From positions 19,996-83,995 of the forward strand of contig JAGWGI010000001.1 in NCBI GenBank assembly GCA_028867435.1: a stretch of 64,000 nt of DNA, written 5' to 3'. Below the pieces are notes generated by a model that saw only the letters and a list, made by a program, of their open reading frames with translations, was not told the DNA's origin and did not search any database. This DNA is from Candidatus Micrarchaeota archaeon. GTDB taxonomy: Archaea; Micrarchaeota; Micrarchaeia; Micrarchaeales; CABMGC01. Shown piece after piece: positions 18,401 to 27,101 of the stretch (position 1 is the stretch's first letter; each line of letters begins with the position of its first letter). The position numbers and the translations under genes were made by a program.

Positions 18401-19326
18401 TAGACAAATGTGCAGTTGGAGCTCAGGCAGGATGTTGCAGTGTTATTCTGGTCCCCCCAGTAAACCAAAATCGAGGAGATGGCAGTCGCGCCTGATCCTG
18501 AAGCAGGGTATATGTTGCCGTTTAGGGTCACTGATTCTCCTCCATTGTAGCATGGAGTTATCGACATGACGGGCAGGTACTGGCCCGAAGGCCCAAGACC
18601 TGGAGGCGGCTCGATATCGACGTTGAACTTGGTTGTGTTGGTGTTGGCGTTGCTGTCCTTGACATTTATTGTAATCGGATAGTTCTGGTACTGCGTATAT
18701 GCATGGCTTATCGTGCTTGGCGCAGCGCTGGAATTTGAGGTGCTTGAGCCATCGCCCCATGAAACTATGTATGAAGTTATCTGGGCCCTCTGGTTCCTGT
18801 AGTTGTACCCTCCAGATGCATAACCTGTGAGCGAGATATTGAGGTTGCTAAGGCTAGCTACAGAGTAGGAGATGATAGGGATTTGCGATGGCGAGGTGGT
18901 TGCCTGGTTGTTTATGTTTACAGACTCAAGCGTGGATGCCGAGTTCCCAATGTTGTCGTAGGCGGTTATCCGGACTATGAAATCTCCGTTTGAGGTATAA
19001 GTATGACTCTGGGGGAAGAACCCTGATGTTGTCTGGCCATCACCCCAGTTCCAGTTGATGTATGCAATATTTGTGGCCTGTGAAGCTGTAGGCGATGCGC
19101 TTCCGCTTATGCTCACGGAGCTGATAGATATCTGCGGGGAGCCTGCGGAAATTGTCGGAGAGCCAGAGAACGAGGCTGCAGATGCCGTGCCAACCAGAAG
19201 CATAATTAATGCAATTGGGATAATTGGCGCAGCCTTGATGCCGTAGATGTTGCGCGCAAACAGATCTTCCCCAAGATTCCCATTTTTATCCATAGTAGTA
19301 TTGTGGTTATTCTGGTTTATAAACAT
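15430..19326 (-). CDS. Giant secreted protein with about 11 PKD-like repeats
   Basis: N-terminal hydrophobic signal (IIPIALIMLLVGTASAAS). I count 11 W(G/D)D-centred modules, separated by Ser/Thr-rich linkers. The C-terminal ~6 modules closely resemble those of 13756..15396. Confidence 0.75.
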   Translation of the reverse strand: MFINQNNHNTTMDKNGNLGEDLFARNIYGIKAAPIIPIALIMLLVGTASAASFSGSPTISAGSPQISISSVSISGSASPTASQATNIAYINWNWGDGQTTSGFFPQSHTYTSNGDFIVRITAYDNIGNSASTLESVNINNQATTSPSQIPIISYSVASLSNLNISLTGYASGGYNYRNQRAQITSYIVSWGDGSSTSNSSAAPSTISHAYTQYQNYPITINVKDSNANTNTTKFNVDIEPPPGLGPSGQYLPVMSITPCYNGGESVTLNGNIYPASGSGATAISSILVYWGDQNNTATSCLSSNCTFVYSSQGTFNVRVIGVDNKGNRNSVTLPITVPQGASGSCTSTGSTTAPSSTNPIIQVTPAISGQTVTLNGEIYTNALLQYGPQKGQKAAIAANHTFIYWGDTSNSTPETFYQCERSACSHTYPLPGNFTISIAAIDTAGNTNVASMTAQVGSYSTTVPNGPTNPNSSRVTMNVGASISGYTAAFTCSIYTNAVGAQLQLIQWSWGDQKIAGYDTYTMQVQSGYGVNATLPSTSSYSCPAHFTHTYPQSAGIYNLTVTATDNAGDSNQYIYHVMVPSNSGSTSGGSSSTNSSSGTSATTGPSSVPTISVTTSTTGYTVSLNGNIYANAQKISGKATMDTQNTIISWGDHNNLTTTTLQECEAGSCNHTYSSKGTYTIGIVAVDSFGNKNYASLQATVPSSSSSGSTASSSSQTSPTAPPVIEVTAAFTGNVVQLNGSIYAKAVSSSGTPAVMNTQETKVSWGDPSNLSTTTMAQCATYCGHQYSQPGNYIITIVALDNLGNTAQKPIPITIPSNSSGSTTSGSQGSIPNPTLPPTISVAANVSGATVTLNGSIYSNAVGTNGQNAVMNTQGTRIYWDDPNNLSTTTMAQCATYCGHTYLQSGTYIITIEAIDSLRNTAQNELTVTVSSSASSSTSGNSGSVPGCGNPFLPCASANSTYYNATSKPIIVISTSTIGYLVSLSGNIYASASTQSGTDAVMNTQGTKIYWGDPNNLSTTTMAQCATYCSHYYSQSGAYTITIEAIDSFNNTQQQFLSVRVPNVSTSSGSSSNTTFANANPNAQPSIQVSVTSTSGQMAQLGGNIWANAVGYNGTSASINSQNTKVYWGDENNLTATTLTQCYSYCGHYYSQPGSYTITVEAVDNFGNTAQKYINVYITASSSSQANTTSTTTVSGNPNAAPVVQVSAATSGYTVSLGGNIYATAVSQGGASAVMNTQGTKIYWGDPNNLTAMTLAVCESGSCSHTYSQAGNYTITVEAVDNLGNTNQQYLQVSVPG

Positions 19327-19477
19327 TCAGTCAAGATTTGTACTGGGAACGATGCCAGTTAGTGGTGGAAATTAATCATGTCCTGCATCCGGGTGGGGCA
19401 GAGAATAGCAAGGTATTTAAATTAATGCGAGTATATAAAGTCATAAATTGGGCCGTTGCATGTATGTATTTGAGAAA

Positions 19478-19867
19478 ATGAGGCTGCTTGTTATGCTCGT
19501 CTTCCTTGTGGGAATGACGACTACGGTACTTGCAGCCATAGGCTCAGGTAGCAACGGCGGCGGCGGAAACCCATCTACAGCTACAGGAGCTCAGGTAGGC
19601 ACTCTGACCTCACAGCTATGCGGGATAGTCAATGGCGTCAGGACCATTATAGGAGTTCTCGCTCTGGTCATGTTCCTTGTTGGGGGAGTCCTCTACTCTG
19701 CCGCGCACTTCATGCCTGCTGCCGGTCAGATAAAGGCAAACATGCAGGGATGGTCCATGGGAATGATACTCGGAGCTGTTGTCGGAGTGATACTGGTAAT
19801 ACTTGCACCGATAATCGTGAACCACCTGATTTCATTCGACTCTAGCATCACTACTGTGGCCTGCTAG
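19478..19867 (+). CDS. VirB2/TrbC/CedA1-like two-helix pilin candidate (copy A)
   Basis: Signal peptide MRLLVMLVFLVGMTTTVLAA. Helix 1 is LCGIVNGVRTIIGVLALVMFLVGGVLY, the loop is SAAHFMPAAGQIKANMQG, and helix 2 is WSMGMILGAVVGVILVILAPIIV. The last residue is Cys. The track start at 19448 is a TTG; ATGs lie at 19460 and 19478. Confidence 0.55.
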   Translation: MRLLVMLVFLVGMTTTVLAAIGSGSNGGGGNPSTATGAQVGTLTSQLCGIVNGVRTIIGVLALVMFLVGGVLYSAAHFMPAAGQIKANMQGWSMGMILGAVVGVILVILAPIIVNHLISFDSSITTVAC

Positions 19868-19929
19868 ATTTTTGCCACTTTGGCAAGGTTTTATCTATCT
19901 TCTAATCCCAAGATATTTGGGTATTTTTG

Positions 19930-20343
19930 ATGACTGCCCTGAACTTCAGGCTATTTTGCACCATTGCAATAATCGTGCTTGCGGTAGGTGTTTTCGCCGC
20001 TGCTCCGGCGCCTGTAATAGGGCCTGGACTTAATACGACAAGCAGCACTGGAGGGGCTACTACAAATGGGATCTCAACGCTCACCTCCCAGCTATGCGGC
20101 ATAGTTGCAGGAGTGAGGACCGTCATAGGGGTTGTGGCCCTTGTAATGTTCCTTATAGGTGGAATACTTTATTCCATAGCGCACTTCATGCCTGCTGCCG
20201 GTCAGATAAGATCGAATATGCAGGGATGGTCCATGGGAATGATCTTCGGGGCGGTTGTCGGAGTGGTTCTGGTTCTGCTCGCTCCGATAATAATAAACCA
20301 CCTGCTCGCATTCGGAAACGGGATCTCGATTCCACAGTGCTAG
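19930..20343 (+). CDS. VirB2/TrbC/CedA1-like two-helix pilin candidate (copy B)
   Basis: Paralog of copy A: LTSQLCGIVAGVRTVIGVVALVMFLIGGILYSIAHFMPAAGQIRSNMQGWSMGMIFGAVVGVVLVLLAPIIINHL. Also ends in Cys. Confidence 0.55.
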   Translation: MTALNFRLFCTIAIIVLAVGVFAAAPAPVIGPGLNTTSSTGGATTNGISTLTSQLCGIVAGVRTVIGVVALVMFLIGGILYSIAHFMPAAGQIRSNMQGWSMGMIFGAVVGVVLVLLAPIIINHLLAFGNGISIPQC

Positions 20344-20380
20344 ACTCTGCTTTTTATCCCTTGGGCTATTAAAACAGGAT

Positions 20381-22297
20381 ATGCAAATGGCGTTTCTAAG
20401 GGACCCATACCTTCTGGGTTTTTTCCTCTCGGTTCTGATCTTCCTCTCGTTCCAGGCTGCAGTCGGGATATCATCCGACCTATCGCAGACCATACAGATA
20501 TCTGGAATTCTGGAGGCTGTTTTGTTCATCTGCTATGCAATGGTGTATCTTTCTAATAGGGCGCCGGGAAGTGGCGTGAGGATGGCATTGAAGATCTTCC
20601 TAGCTCTTGGCATCGCAAATCTGGTCGTGGTGATTGCAGGAGCTGGAGCGCTTAGAGTCTCTGTAATCGAGCACCTGCTCTCCTTCTACAGGATAACTGG
20701 GATCTACTTTGTGCTGCTCATACCGCTGGTCTTCTTGATTTTCTTCGGCACTTATCTTCGAAGAAAAAAATACATTGCCATCGGATACCTTCTTTTTGCC
20801 GTAGCTATCGCCCTGCTCTGCGTGCTCTTTCTTAGCGGACTGATACTAAACCACTATAAGATAGACGACGAGCTCTACATCTCCTTCATAGGGATGAACG
20901 GGATGCTGCATGGAGTTGACCCATATGCGGCTTCGCTCTCATCTGCCATATTTTCCAATGCAACTGATGGGACCATCTCCTCGATAACGATAACAACTAG
21001 CAACAGGATAATAGGCACCCTAAACTACCCTTCGCTTTATTTGCTCTCCCTTGCGCCATTCTACTTTGCATCACCTCCGACGCTGCAAAACCTCTCAGGC
21101 ATTGACCTCAAGCTGCAGACTGCCGCGTTCCTTCTATTGCTCCTGCTCGCTATCGCCTTTTCGCTTGGAAACAAGGTGCTTGCAAAGCCCCAGTTCGCAC
21201 TGATGTTCTTTATTGCCGCGGCGGTTGGCCACGTGGCATCGATAACCACACTGCTGATGCTTGCGCTGCTCGTTGTGGCCTACTCTAGGCTCGAGTCCAA
21301 ATGGTCATGGCTGCTACTCGGGCTGTGCATCTCGATACAAGAGGAGCTCTGGCTCCCTGTGCTGCTGCTCATCGCATACTCTTTCAACAACTACGGGCTT
21401 GGCAAGGGGCTTAGGGATGTTTTTGGAGCTGGGGCAGTCTTCCTTGTGCTCAACGCTTACTTCATCCTGATTAGTCCCAGTGCCTTTTTCAGCAGCGTCT
21501 TGGGGCCAATACAGCAGATGCTGATCCCAAATGCGATCTCCCCGTTCGGCTATGCGCTGGTGACCTTCTATCAGATGCCACTGGGCTCTTTCGGCGCGAT
21601 TTTCGCGCTTGCGGTGCTTGGCAGCCTGCTCGCCTTTCTTTACTTAAACCGCAAGGCGCTAATAGGGCTTTTTGCTATGGTGCCGCTGCTCTTCCTTTCG
21701 CATTCAAATCCAATATACTACACGTTCTTCGCTGCATTCCTTGTAGCGACGGTATTTATTGAGGACAAAAAGATTGATGGAACTGCGAGGCGATATTTGA
21801 GAGGGAATGGATGGCTGCTTGGCACTATGGTGGTTGTGCTGATGGCAACTACTGTAGGATTTGTGTACCTCTCACACCTAAGTTATCTAGAGAACTTCAA
21901 CATGACTGCATCAAATTCCTCGCTGCAGCTGCTTTCTGGCCACAATGAAAGCATCTACACCGCTACGCTCCACTACAAGAACTTGTCAAACGGCACGGTT
22001 TACATGATGCTATTTGGCGCATATGATACAAACATGAGCGCATTTGGTTTGCTGGGGCAGCGGATAGCAGAAAACGCCTCTGATTGCACAGATTATCCGT
22101 GTGCCGTGAATCCAAATGTTTTCACGCTTCAGGCAAATCGCACGCTCTATAGGATAAGAGCGAGGATCCCATGGCCTTCAGGGCAGAGGATCTACGCAGT
22201 AAGGCCGGTGGTGTACAACTCCGCCTACTACTATACCCCCGGAGTTCTGATTGCTGAAAACTCCAGCAGCCAATCGCAAGGCCCTCAGGCAAACTAA
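20381..22297 (+). CDS. Large polytopic membrane protein with a sequon-rich C-terminal extracytoplasmic domain
   Basis: 638 aa, 10 or more hydrophobic helices, C-terminal ~130 aa soluble with many N-x-S/T sequons. A YPSLYLLSLAPFY loop is weakly reminiscent of GT-C glycosyltransferases; I do not claim homology. Confidence 0.5.
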   Translation: MQMAFLRDPYLLGFFLSVLIFLSFQAAVGISSDLSQTIQISGILEAVLFICYAMVYLSNRAPGSGVRMALKIFLALGIANLVVVIAGAGALRVSVIEHLLSFYRITGIYFVLLIPLVFLIFFGTYLRRKKYIAIGYLLFAVAIALLCVLFLSGLILNHYKIDDELYISFIGMNGMLHGVDPYAASLSSAIFSNATDGTISSITITTSNRIIGTLNYPSLYLLSLAPFYFASPPTLQNLSGIDLKLQTAAFLLLLLLAIAFSLGNKVLAKPQFALMFFIAAAVGHVASITTLLMLALLVVAYSRLESKWSWLLLGLCISIQEELWLPVLLLIAYSFNNYGLGKGLRDVFGAGAVFLVLNAYFILISPSAFFSSVLGPIQQMLIPNAISPFGYALVTFYQMPLGSFGAIFALAVLGSLLAFLYLNRKALIGLFAMVPLLFLSHSNPIYYTFFAAFLVATVFIEDKKIDGTARRYLRGNGWLLGTMVVVLMATTVGFVYLSHLSYLENFNMTASNSSLQLLSGHNESIYTATLHYKNLSNGTVYMMLFGAYDTNMSAFGLLGQRIAENASDCTDYPCAVNPNVFTLQANRTLYRIRARIPWPSGQRIYAVRPVVYNSAYYYTPGVLIAENSSSQSQGPQAN

Positions 22298-22336
22298 CCC
22301 TTTTTATTTATATCATTGCAATAACTTCCTGATACT

Positions 22337-23071
22337 ATGGGAGGGGTTCTGAACGATTCTCTTGAGACCTATAGTGCAAACCTCAAGCTCATTTTGCTCT
22401 TCTCAATACCTTTTATAATCGCATTTTTGATACCGCTCTTTGCGCCGCTGCCCACATTCATCAGCGCAGGAGGGATCTTCCTTAGGACTGCGAGCATTTT
22501 CATAAACCTAAATGTGATAAGCCTGATTGCGATCGTGATACCAATCTTTGTCTCGCTGCTCTTCTTGAGCTTTGCGTTCGTTGCGATAAGCCTGATAGTC
22601 AAGGCAAGCAGGACGCATGTGAGGACTGCCAAGTCAGTGCTAAAGGGCATAGAAAGATACACTGCAAAGGTGTTCTTGGTCTGGCTGGTCTTTGAGTTCA
22701 TACTCATAATCGTGAACATAATAGGCTACTTCCTAAACATCCAGGCCGCACTCACTGCAATTGTGGGCTTTGTTATCTTCATGCTGATCTTCTACGCGCC
22801 AAGCGCGATAGTGGTAGACAACAAGCGCATAATTAGGGCAATCAAGGACAGCGCAAGACTTGTGCTCCGCGAGCCGCAGTACTTTTTGATGTGGATCTTC
22901 CTCCTTCTCATTGTGCTTGCGGTGATAGACGCATTCGCGATCGGAATAACCGGTACTCTTGCAAGCAGGTACATAGTGCTGATCATAAGCTCGATCTTTG
23001 TTTTGCCGTATTTTGTGATCTTCCAGGCAGAGGCCTACATGAAGAGGTTCTCGATAATAAGGAACGCATAG
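22337..23071 (+). CDS. Polytopic membrane protein, unknown function
   Basis: 244 aa, about 6 hydrophobic helices, within the operon. Confidence 0.5.
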   Translation: MGGVLNDSLETYSANLKLILLFSIPFIIAFLIPLFAPLPTFISAGGIFLRTASIFINLNVISLIAIVIPIFVSLLFLSFAFVAISLIVKASRTHVRTAKSVLKGIERYTAKVFLVWLVFEFILIIVNIIGYFLNIQAALTAIVGFVIFMLIFYAPSAIVVDNKRIIRAIKDSARLVLREPQYFLMWIFLLLIVLAVIDAFAIGITGTLASRYIVLIISSIFVLPYFVIFQAEAYMKRFSIIRNA

Positions 23072-23115
23072 CGAAAAGGAATTTAAATAAGCTATGCGAT
23101 AGCATATTGAGTTAG

Positions 23116-24369
23116 ATGGGTGGGCTATTTCAGAAAGTGGCAGTGCTTGCGCTTTCGCTGCTCATTCTCTTAGGAACTGCAAACGCAGCTGGAGTAAATT
23201 CTGCTGCGCCTGTTACCGGGACTTCGGGCAGCAGCTATATCTGCACAAATCCCACGCCTGTGGCGATAAATTTCAATAGCATACCACTAATAGGCATAGC
23301 TGCCATAGCGCTCTTCATCTCCTTTGATGTGATAGCAATAGGCTATGTGGTTGGCAAGCTCGTGCCTGGCACCCAGCTGTCGCAGTGGGTGAAGAGGGAG
23401 TACTGGGAGGTGACAAAGTCGGCGATACTTATAGGAATGATATATTCTGCGCTGATATTTGCAGGAAACATCGCGATACACCTTGTGCCGGTTGGTATAC
23501 CCGCCTCAGGCGGAAGCCCCTTCACTGTGCTTACCAATGCCGCGCAGTCATATCTTGGGCAAACCTTCTGCGGCACTCTCACTTCTACTGCCACAGGCAT
23601 TGTAGGAGTATCCAACTATGCAGACTACTTCTACTATCTTGGCATTGGCAGCGGGCTGCTGCAAAAACTAGAAGTTGGGTGGTATATACCTGTTCCGATA
23701 CCTGTTCCCGGAGCCCCTTCATTTACCTTGGGAACAGAATTCGGGTACGAAAATGAGATGGTAATAGATCTTGACATCAATGCCGGAACCTACAAGTCAC
23801 TTGTCAACGATGCGCTCACCTTTGTCGTTGTGCCGCCGTATGTGATAATCGCAATGGAATACTACCTTCTGCCGGCGCTGGTCTTCATAGGGCTTGCATT
23901 CCTGATACCTTTTGGCTTGATACTCAGGGCGCTTCCGTTCCTTCGGGGCATAGGTGGAACGCTTATAGCCCTAGGCGTTGGTGCATCAATAGTCTTTCCT
24001 CTCGTGCTGGTGCTTGTGAACTACCCAATTACAAACATACTTGCACAGCAGCTTCAGAACCCGATCAACGCAGCATACAGCCAGAATGTGTGGTGGCTCA
24101 ATCTAATACCTTCGCAATTCTTCCCCATTGCTTCATCTTCGCTCCAGAGCGCTACTGCAGGGGCCGAAGGATTTGTGGACGGCTTCTTTGGGGGGGTGGC
24201 CAGCGAGTATCCTGCACTCAACGGAACTGTTGATTATAGCTATCCTGCGCTGCTCCAGTTCATACTAATAGTAGTTGACCTTGCGATAACATTCCCTATA
24301 ATAGAGGCAATTGCCAGATCCCTAGGAGGCACGGTGAACATACAGTTCGGAAAGCTGAGGATAAAGTGA
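23116..24369 (+). CDS. Polytopic membrane protein, paralog 1 of 6 (VirB6/TrbL/CedA-like by architecture)
   Basis: Signal peptide ...LLGTANA, an extracytoplasmic region, then multiple TM helices. Family motif: LILRALPFLRGIGGTLIALGVGASIVFP. Confidence 0.55.
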   Translation: MGGLFQKVAVLALSLLILLGTANAAGVNSAAPVTGTSGSSYICTNPTPVAINFNSIPLIGIAAIALFISFDVIAIGYVVGKLVPGTQLSQWVKREYWEVTKSAILIGMIYSALIFAGNIAIHLVPVGIPASGGSPFTVLTNAAQSYLGQTFCGTLTSTATGIVGVSNYADYFYYLGIGSGLLQKLEVGWYIPVPIPVPGAPSFTLGTEFGYENEMVIDLDINAGTYKSLVNDALTFVVVPPYVIIAMEYYLLPALVFIGLAFLIPFGLILRALPFLRGIGGTLIALGVGASIVFPLVLVLVNYPITNILAQQLQNPINAAYSQNVWWLNLIPSQFFPIASSSLQSATAGAEGFVDGFFGGVASEYPALNGTVDYSYPALLQFILIVVDLAITFPIIEAIARSLGGTVNIQFGKLRIK

Positions 24370-25640
24370 TCGTTATGCAGATGATGTTATTACAAACAGC
24401 TGCCTCTGCCTGCACATTCGGAGGGCTAAACAGCAACGACTGGGTCGGCATTTGCGTGCTAGTCATTGTTATGAGTTTCATGATATCGGCAGTGATATAC
24501 GTACTTGCAAACCTTCTCCCTAAGAGGGACTCTGAGAAGATAAGAGGCTACATAAAATTTGAGTATGCACAGCTTGTCTTAGGAATAGGAATAGTAGTTG
24601 TGCTGCTTGGGGTCTCTGCCGCAGCGTGCAACTTTACCGGGGCCCTGACAGGAAGTGGGCAGTCGCCATTTGGATATGCACAGGGCTATGTGGGGGGACT
24701 TCTTTTCCAGCAGGGACAGACCCTTATGTCCTCGATGTTCGGCGACACAATACAGCTCACGCTGGAATCGACAATAAGTGAAGGGGTGATCAGCGCAACA
24801 CTTGGGAGAATTGGGCAGATCAGCCAGCTCCAGAACATAAATGGCCCATTTGGAAGCAAGACATCTGTAGGTGGCAAGGGACTGGGCTCAATAAACTTCC
24901 CTCTTGGAAAGGGAGGAGGGATAACTGTAAACCTCCTTACTCCGGACTTCAAGGAACTCTTTGAGGCATACGCCTCGGTCATAGTGGACTTTTACATGCC
25001 AATACTTATAGGCTGCATGATAATGCTTTTTGTTGTCTATATCTCCCTGCCGATAATATCCGCTGGCGCGCTCACAGTGGTGGTGCCGATTGCAATACTT
25101 CTAAGAAGCGTCTCGTTCACAGGGCCGAAGCTAAGGGAGGCGGCCAATGGATTTCTTGCAATAGCAATAGCACTCTATTTTGTGTATCCGGCTACATTTG
25201 TGATGGACAGCCAGATAACAGGGTGGCTCTACTGCACTCCGCCAGGTCATCAGCCATGCAACCCATACCCGCAGTTCCTTCCGGTTTACAAGCTTAACCA
25301 GACCACGCCAATAGGGCTCCTTAGCTCAAACTCCACGCCAATCAACGTTTCGGGAGGCACCTTGAGCCTACCGCTGCAGTATTGGGGAAGCTCTGCATAC
25401 CAGTTCTTTTCTAGCACAAGCTCGCCTAATCTCGGACTCAATCCCCTAAACCCATTCAATGTGCTATTCTATGGCCCAAACGTGATAACAAGGGACGGTG
25501 TTGAGATGGCAGAGTATCTGCTCAGGGGAGTTGTGCTCATGGCCCTAAACCTTGTACTGACAATGGGGCTTGCATACGGGTTGTGGAAAGCCTTCACAGG
25601 AGGGCTTAACTTCATGGGAGGAGGACATATCTGGAGCTGA
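24366..25640 (+). CDS. Polytopic membrane protein, paralog 2 of 6 (most divergent motif)
   Basis: Overlaps the upstream stop by 4 nt (GTGA). The motif region is AILLRSVSFTGPKLREAANGFLAIAIALYFVYP, in which the GG is replaced. Confidence 0.5.
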   Translation: MIVMQMMLLQTAASACTFGGLNSNDWVGICVLVIVMSFMISAVIYVLANLLPKRDSEKIRGYIKFEYAQLVLGIGIVVVLLGVSAAACNFTGALTGSGQSPFGYAQGYVGGLLFQQGQTLMSSMFGDTIQLTLESTISEGVISATLGRIGQISQLQNINGPFGSKTSVGGKGLGSINFPLGKGGGITVNLLTPDFKELFEAYASVIVDFYMPILIGCMIMLFVVYISLPIISAGALTVVVPIAILLRSVSFTGPKLREAANGFLAIAIALYFVYPATFVMDSQITGWLYCTPPGHQPCNPYPQFLPVYKLNQTTPIGLLSSNSTPINVSGGTLSLPLQYWGSSAYQFFSSTSSPNLGLNPLNPFNVLFYGPNVITRDGVEMAEYLLRGVVLMALNLVLTMGLAYGLWKAFTGGLNFMGGGHIWS

Positions 25641-25644
25641 GTTT

Positions 25645-27099
25645 ATGAGTGGAAAAATAATAGCATTGGCTGCATTGCTCATTGTGGCAGTGCTGCCGAT
25701 AGCCGCATATGCAAGCTCCCAACTCCCTGCAGTACTGACAAATCCGCTTGCGCCGTTCCAGAACTGGGCTCCTGTAATCGCAGCAGGCATACTGCTCTCA
25801 TTCTCGGTAGCAGGCTTTCTATACATGCTTGGCAAGATAATACACGACAACAACATCAGCACAAGGGGGATAAATGAGGCAGGCCAGTCGGTTGGCACTG
25901 CAATCTTTGCAGTTGCCATAATATCCTTCATGATTTTCTTCGGAAACTTCATATACCACTCCAACCTGGTAACAGGAGCCATAGGCAGGGATGTGCAGGC
26001 AATGTGCGCTGGATTTGCATACTCTCAGCTAGACTCAATCTCCGGAAATCCTACCAGCAACATCTGCGCCCTTGCTACATCTGCGCAGACTGGTAGTGCC
26101 ACTTCTGCAATAGACTACCCGCTTGAGGCCAGCTATATAATAACAGCAAACCTTACCAACCAGGCGGCAAACAACATGAATGGCTTCTATCAGCTTGAGG
26201 GCCTAACGCAGTTCCTAAGAAGTCTTAAGGCCATAGACACCATGTGCGAGATAGGGCCGGGATGCACAAATCCCATCACTAGGCCCGTCTTCCAGCTGAC
26301 TGTGAGATCCAACCCGTTTGCCGGGTACAAGGCCATACACTATATAGCGACACCGCTGCAAAGGCAGGCACTAATAATACTATATTCCTTCCTGATACAG
26401 CTGCTGCTAATGCTCCTGCTGCTCAACGTTTGGCCATATATGCTAGCAGCTGGCATACTGCTGCGTGCGATACCACTTACAAGGGGGGCCGGTGGGTTGC
26501 TCATGGGCATCTCGCTTGCTGCTGTGATAGTGCTGCCGATGATCATCTTAATAGAGTACAGCATGCTAAACGGCGCAGTGCCCGCAGACGCGCTGGTTGG
26601 GGCAAGCCCCTCAGATATCACAGGGTTGACCATGAATGGTCTTCCTGTAGGGCAGTTAAACGTGCCTGGAACCCAGTACTACAACCAGCCAATCTCAAAA
26701 GGGGGTACTGTGGTAACCTACAATGCGCTCACGCAGAACTTCTACGTCTTCCCAAACTCAACTAACGTGGCAAATTACAATAACTGCTACCCGATAGACG
26801 GCAGCATGCCGGCAGAGATAGCAAAGGACAGCGCTGCAATGGCAGCACTTGGAATTGGATATACTTTAGGGCTGGGTGGATTCATCCCTAGCACCCCAAA
26901 TGTGCCAATCGGCATACTGTGCAGCCCAAATAACATGATATCTGCTATAGTTGCTGAGACGCAGGTGTATGGCATGATGTCTGTTGCAGGATTCATATTA
27001 CCCCTGCTAAACGTGCTGCTTACCATATCTGCCGTAAAGAACATCTCATTTTTGTTCGGAGGGGATACGGACATTGCAGGGATAGGAAAGCTGGTGTAG
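25645..27099 (+). CDS. Polytopic membrane protein, paralog 3 of 6
   Basis: Start set at the ATG at 25645 (MSGKIIALAALLIVAVLPIAAYA), 4 nt after the upstream stop. Motif: ILLRAIPLTRGAGGLLMGISLAAVIVLP. Confidence 0.55.
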   Translation: MSGKIIALAALLIVAVLPIAAYASSQLPAVLTNPLAPFQNWAPVIAAGILLSFSVAGFLYMLGKIIHDNNISTRGINEAGQSVGTAIFAVAIISFMIFFGNFIYHSNLVTGAIGRDVQAMCAGFAYSQLDSISGNPTSNICALATSAQTGSATSAIDYPLEASYIITANLTNQAANNMNGFYQLEGLTQFLRSLKAIDTMCEIGPGCTNPITRPVFQLTVRSNPFAGYKAIHYIATPLQRQALIILYSFLIQLLLMLLLLNVWPYMLAAGILLRAIPLTRGAGGLLMGISLAAVIVLPMIILIEYSMLNGAVPADALVGASPSDITGLTMNGLPVGQLNVPGTQYYNQPISKGGTVVTYNALTQNFYVFPNSTNVANYNNCYPIDGSMPAEIAKDSAAMAALGIGYTLGLGGFIPSTPNVPIGILCSPNNMISAIVAETQVYGMMSVAGFILPLLNVLLTISAVKNISFLFGGDTDIAGIGKLV

Positions 27100-27101
27100 A
27101 A

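Noticed and set aside
13756-19326. Whether the near-identical PKD-like modules could be the DGR variable/template repeats for the RT at 8206..9084.
   Set aside because: The repeats are in-frame, full-length domain modules present in many copies. They are not a single 3'-terminal VR paired with a non-coding TR. I could not see differences restricted to adenine positions, but a proper alignment is still required.
20381-22297. Calling the 638-aa membrane protein a GT-C glycosyltransferase or oligosaccharyltransferase.
   Set aside because: Only a weak YPSLY...PFY loop resemblance. There is no WWDYG-type AglB motif or other diagnostic motif, so it is left as a polytopic membrane protein of unknown function.
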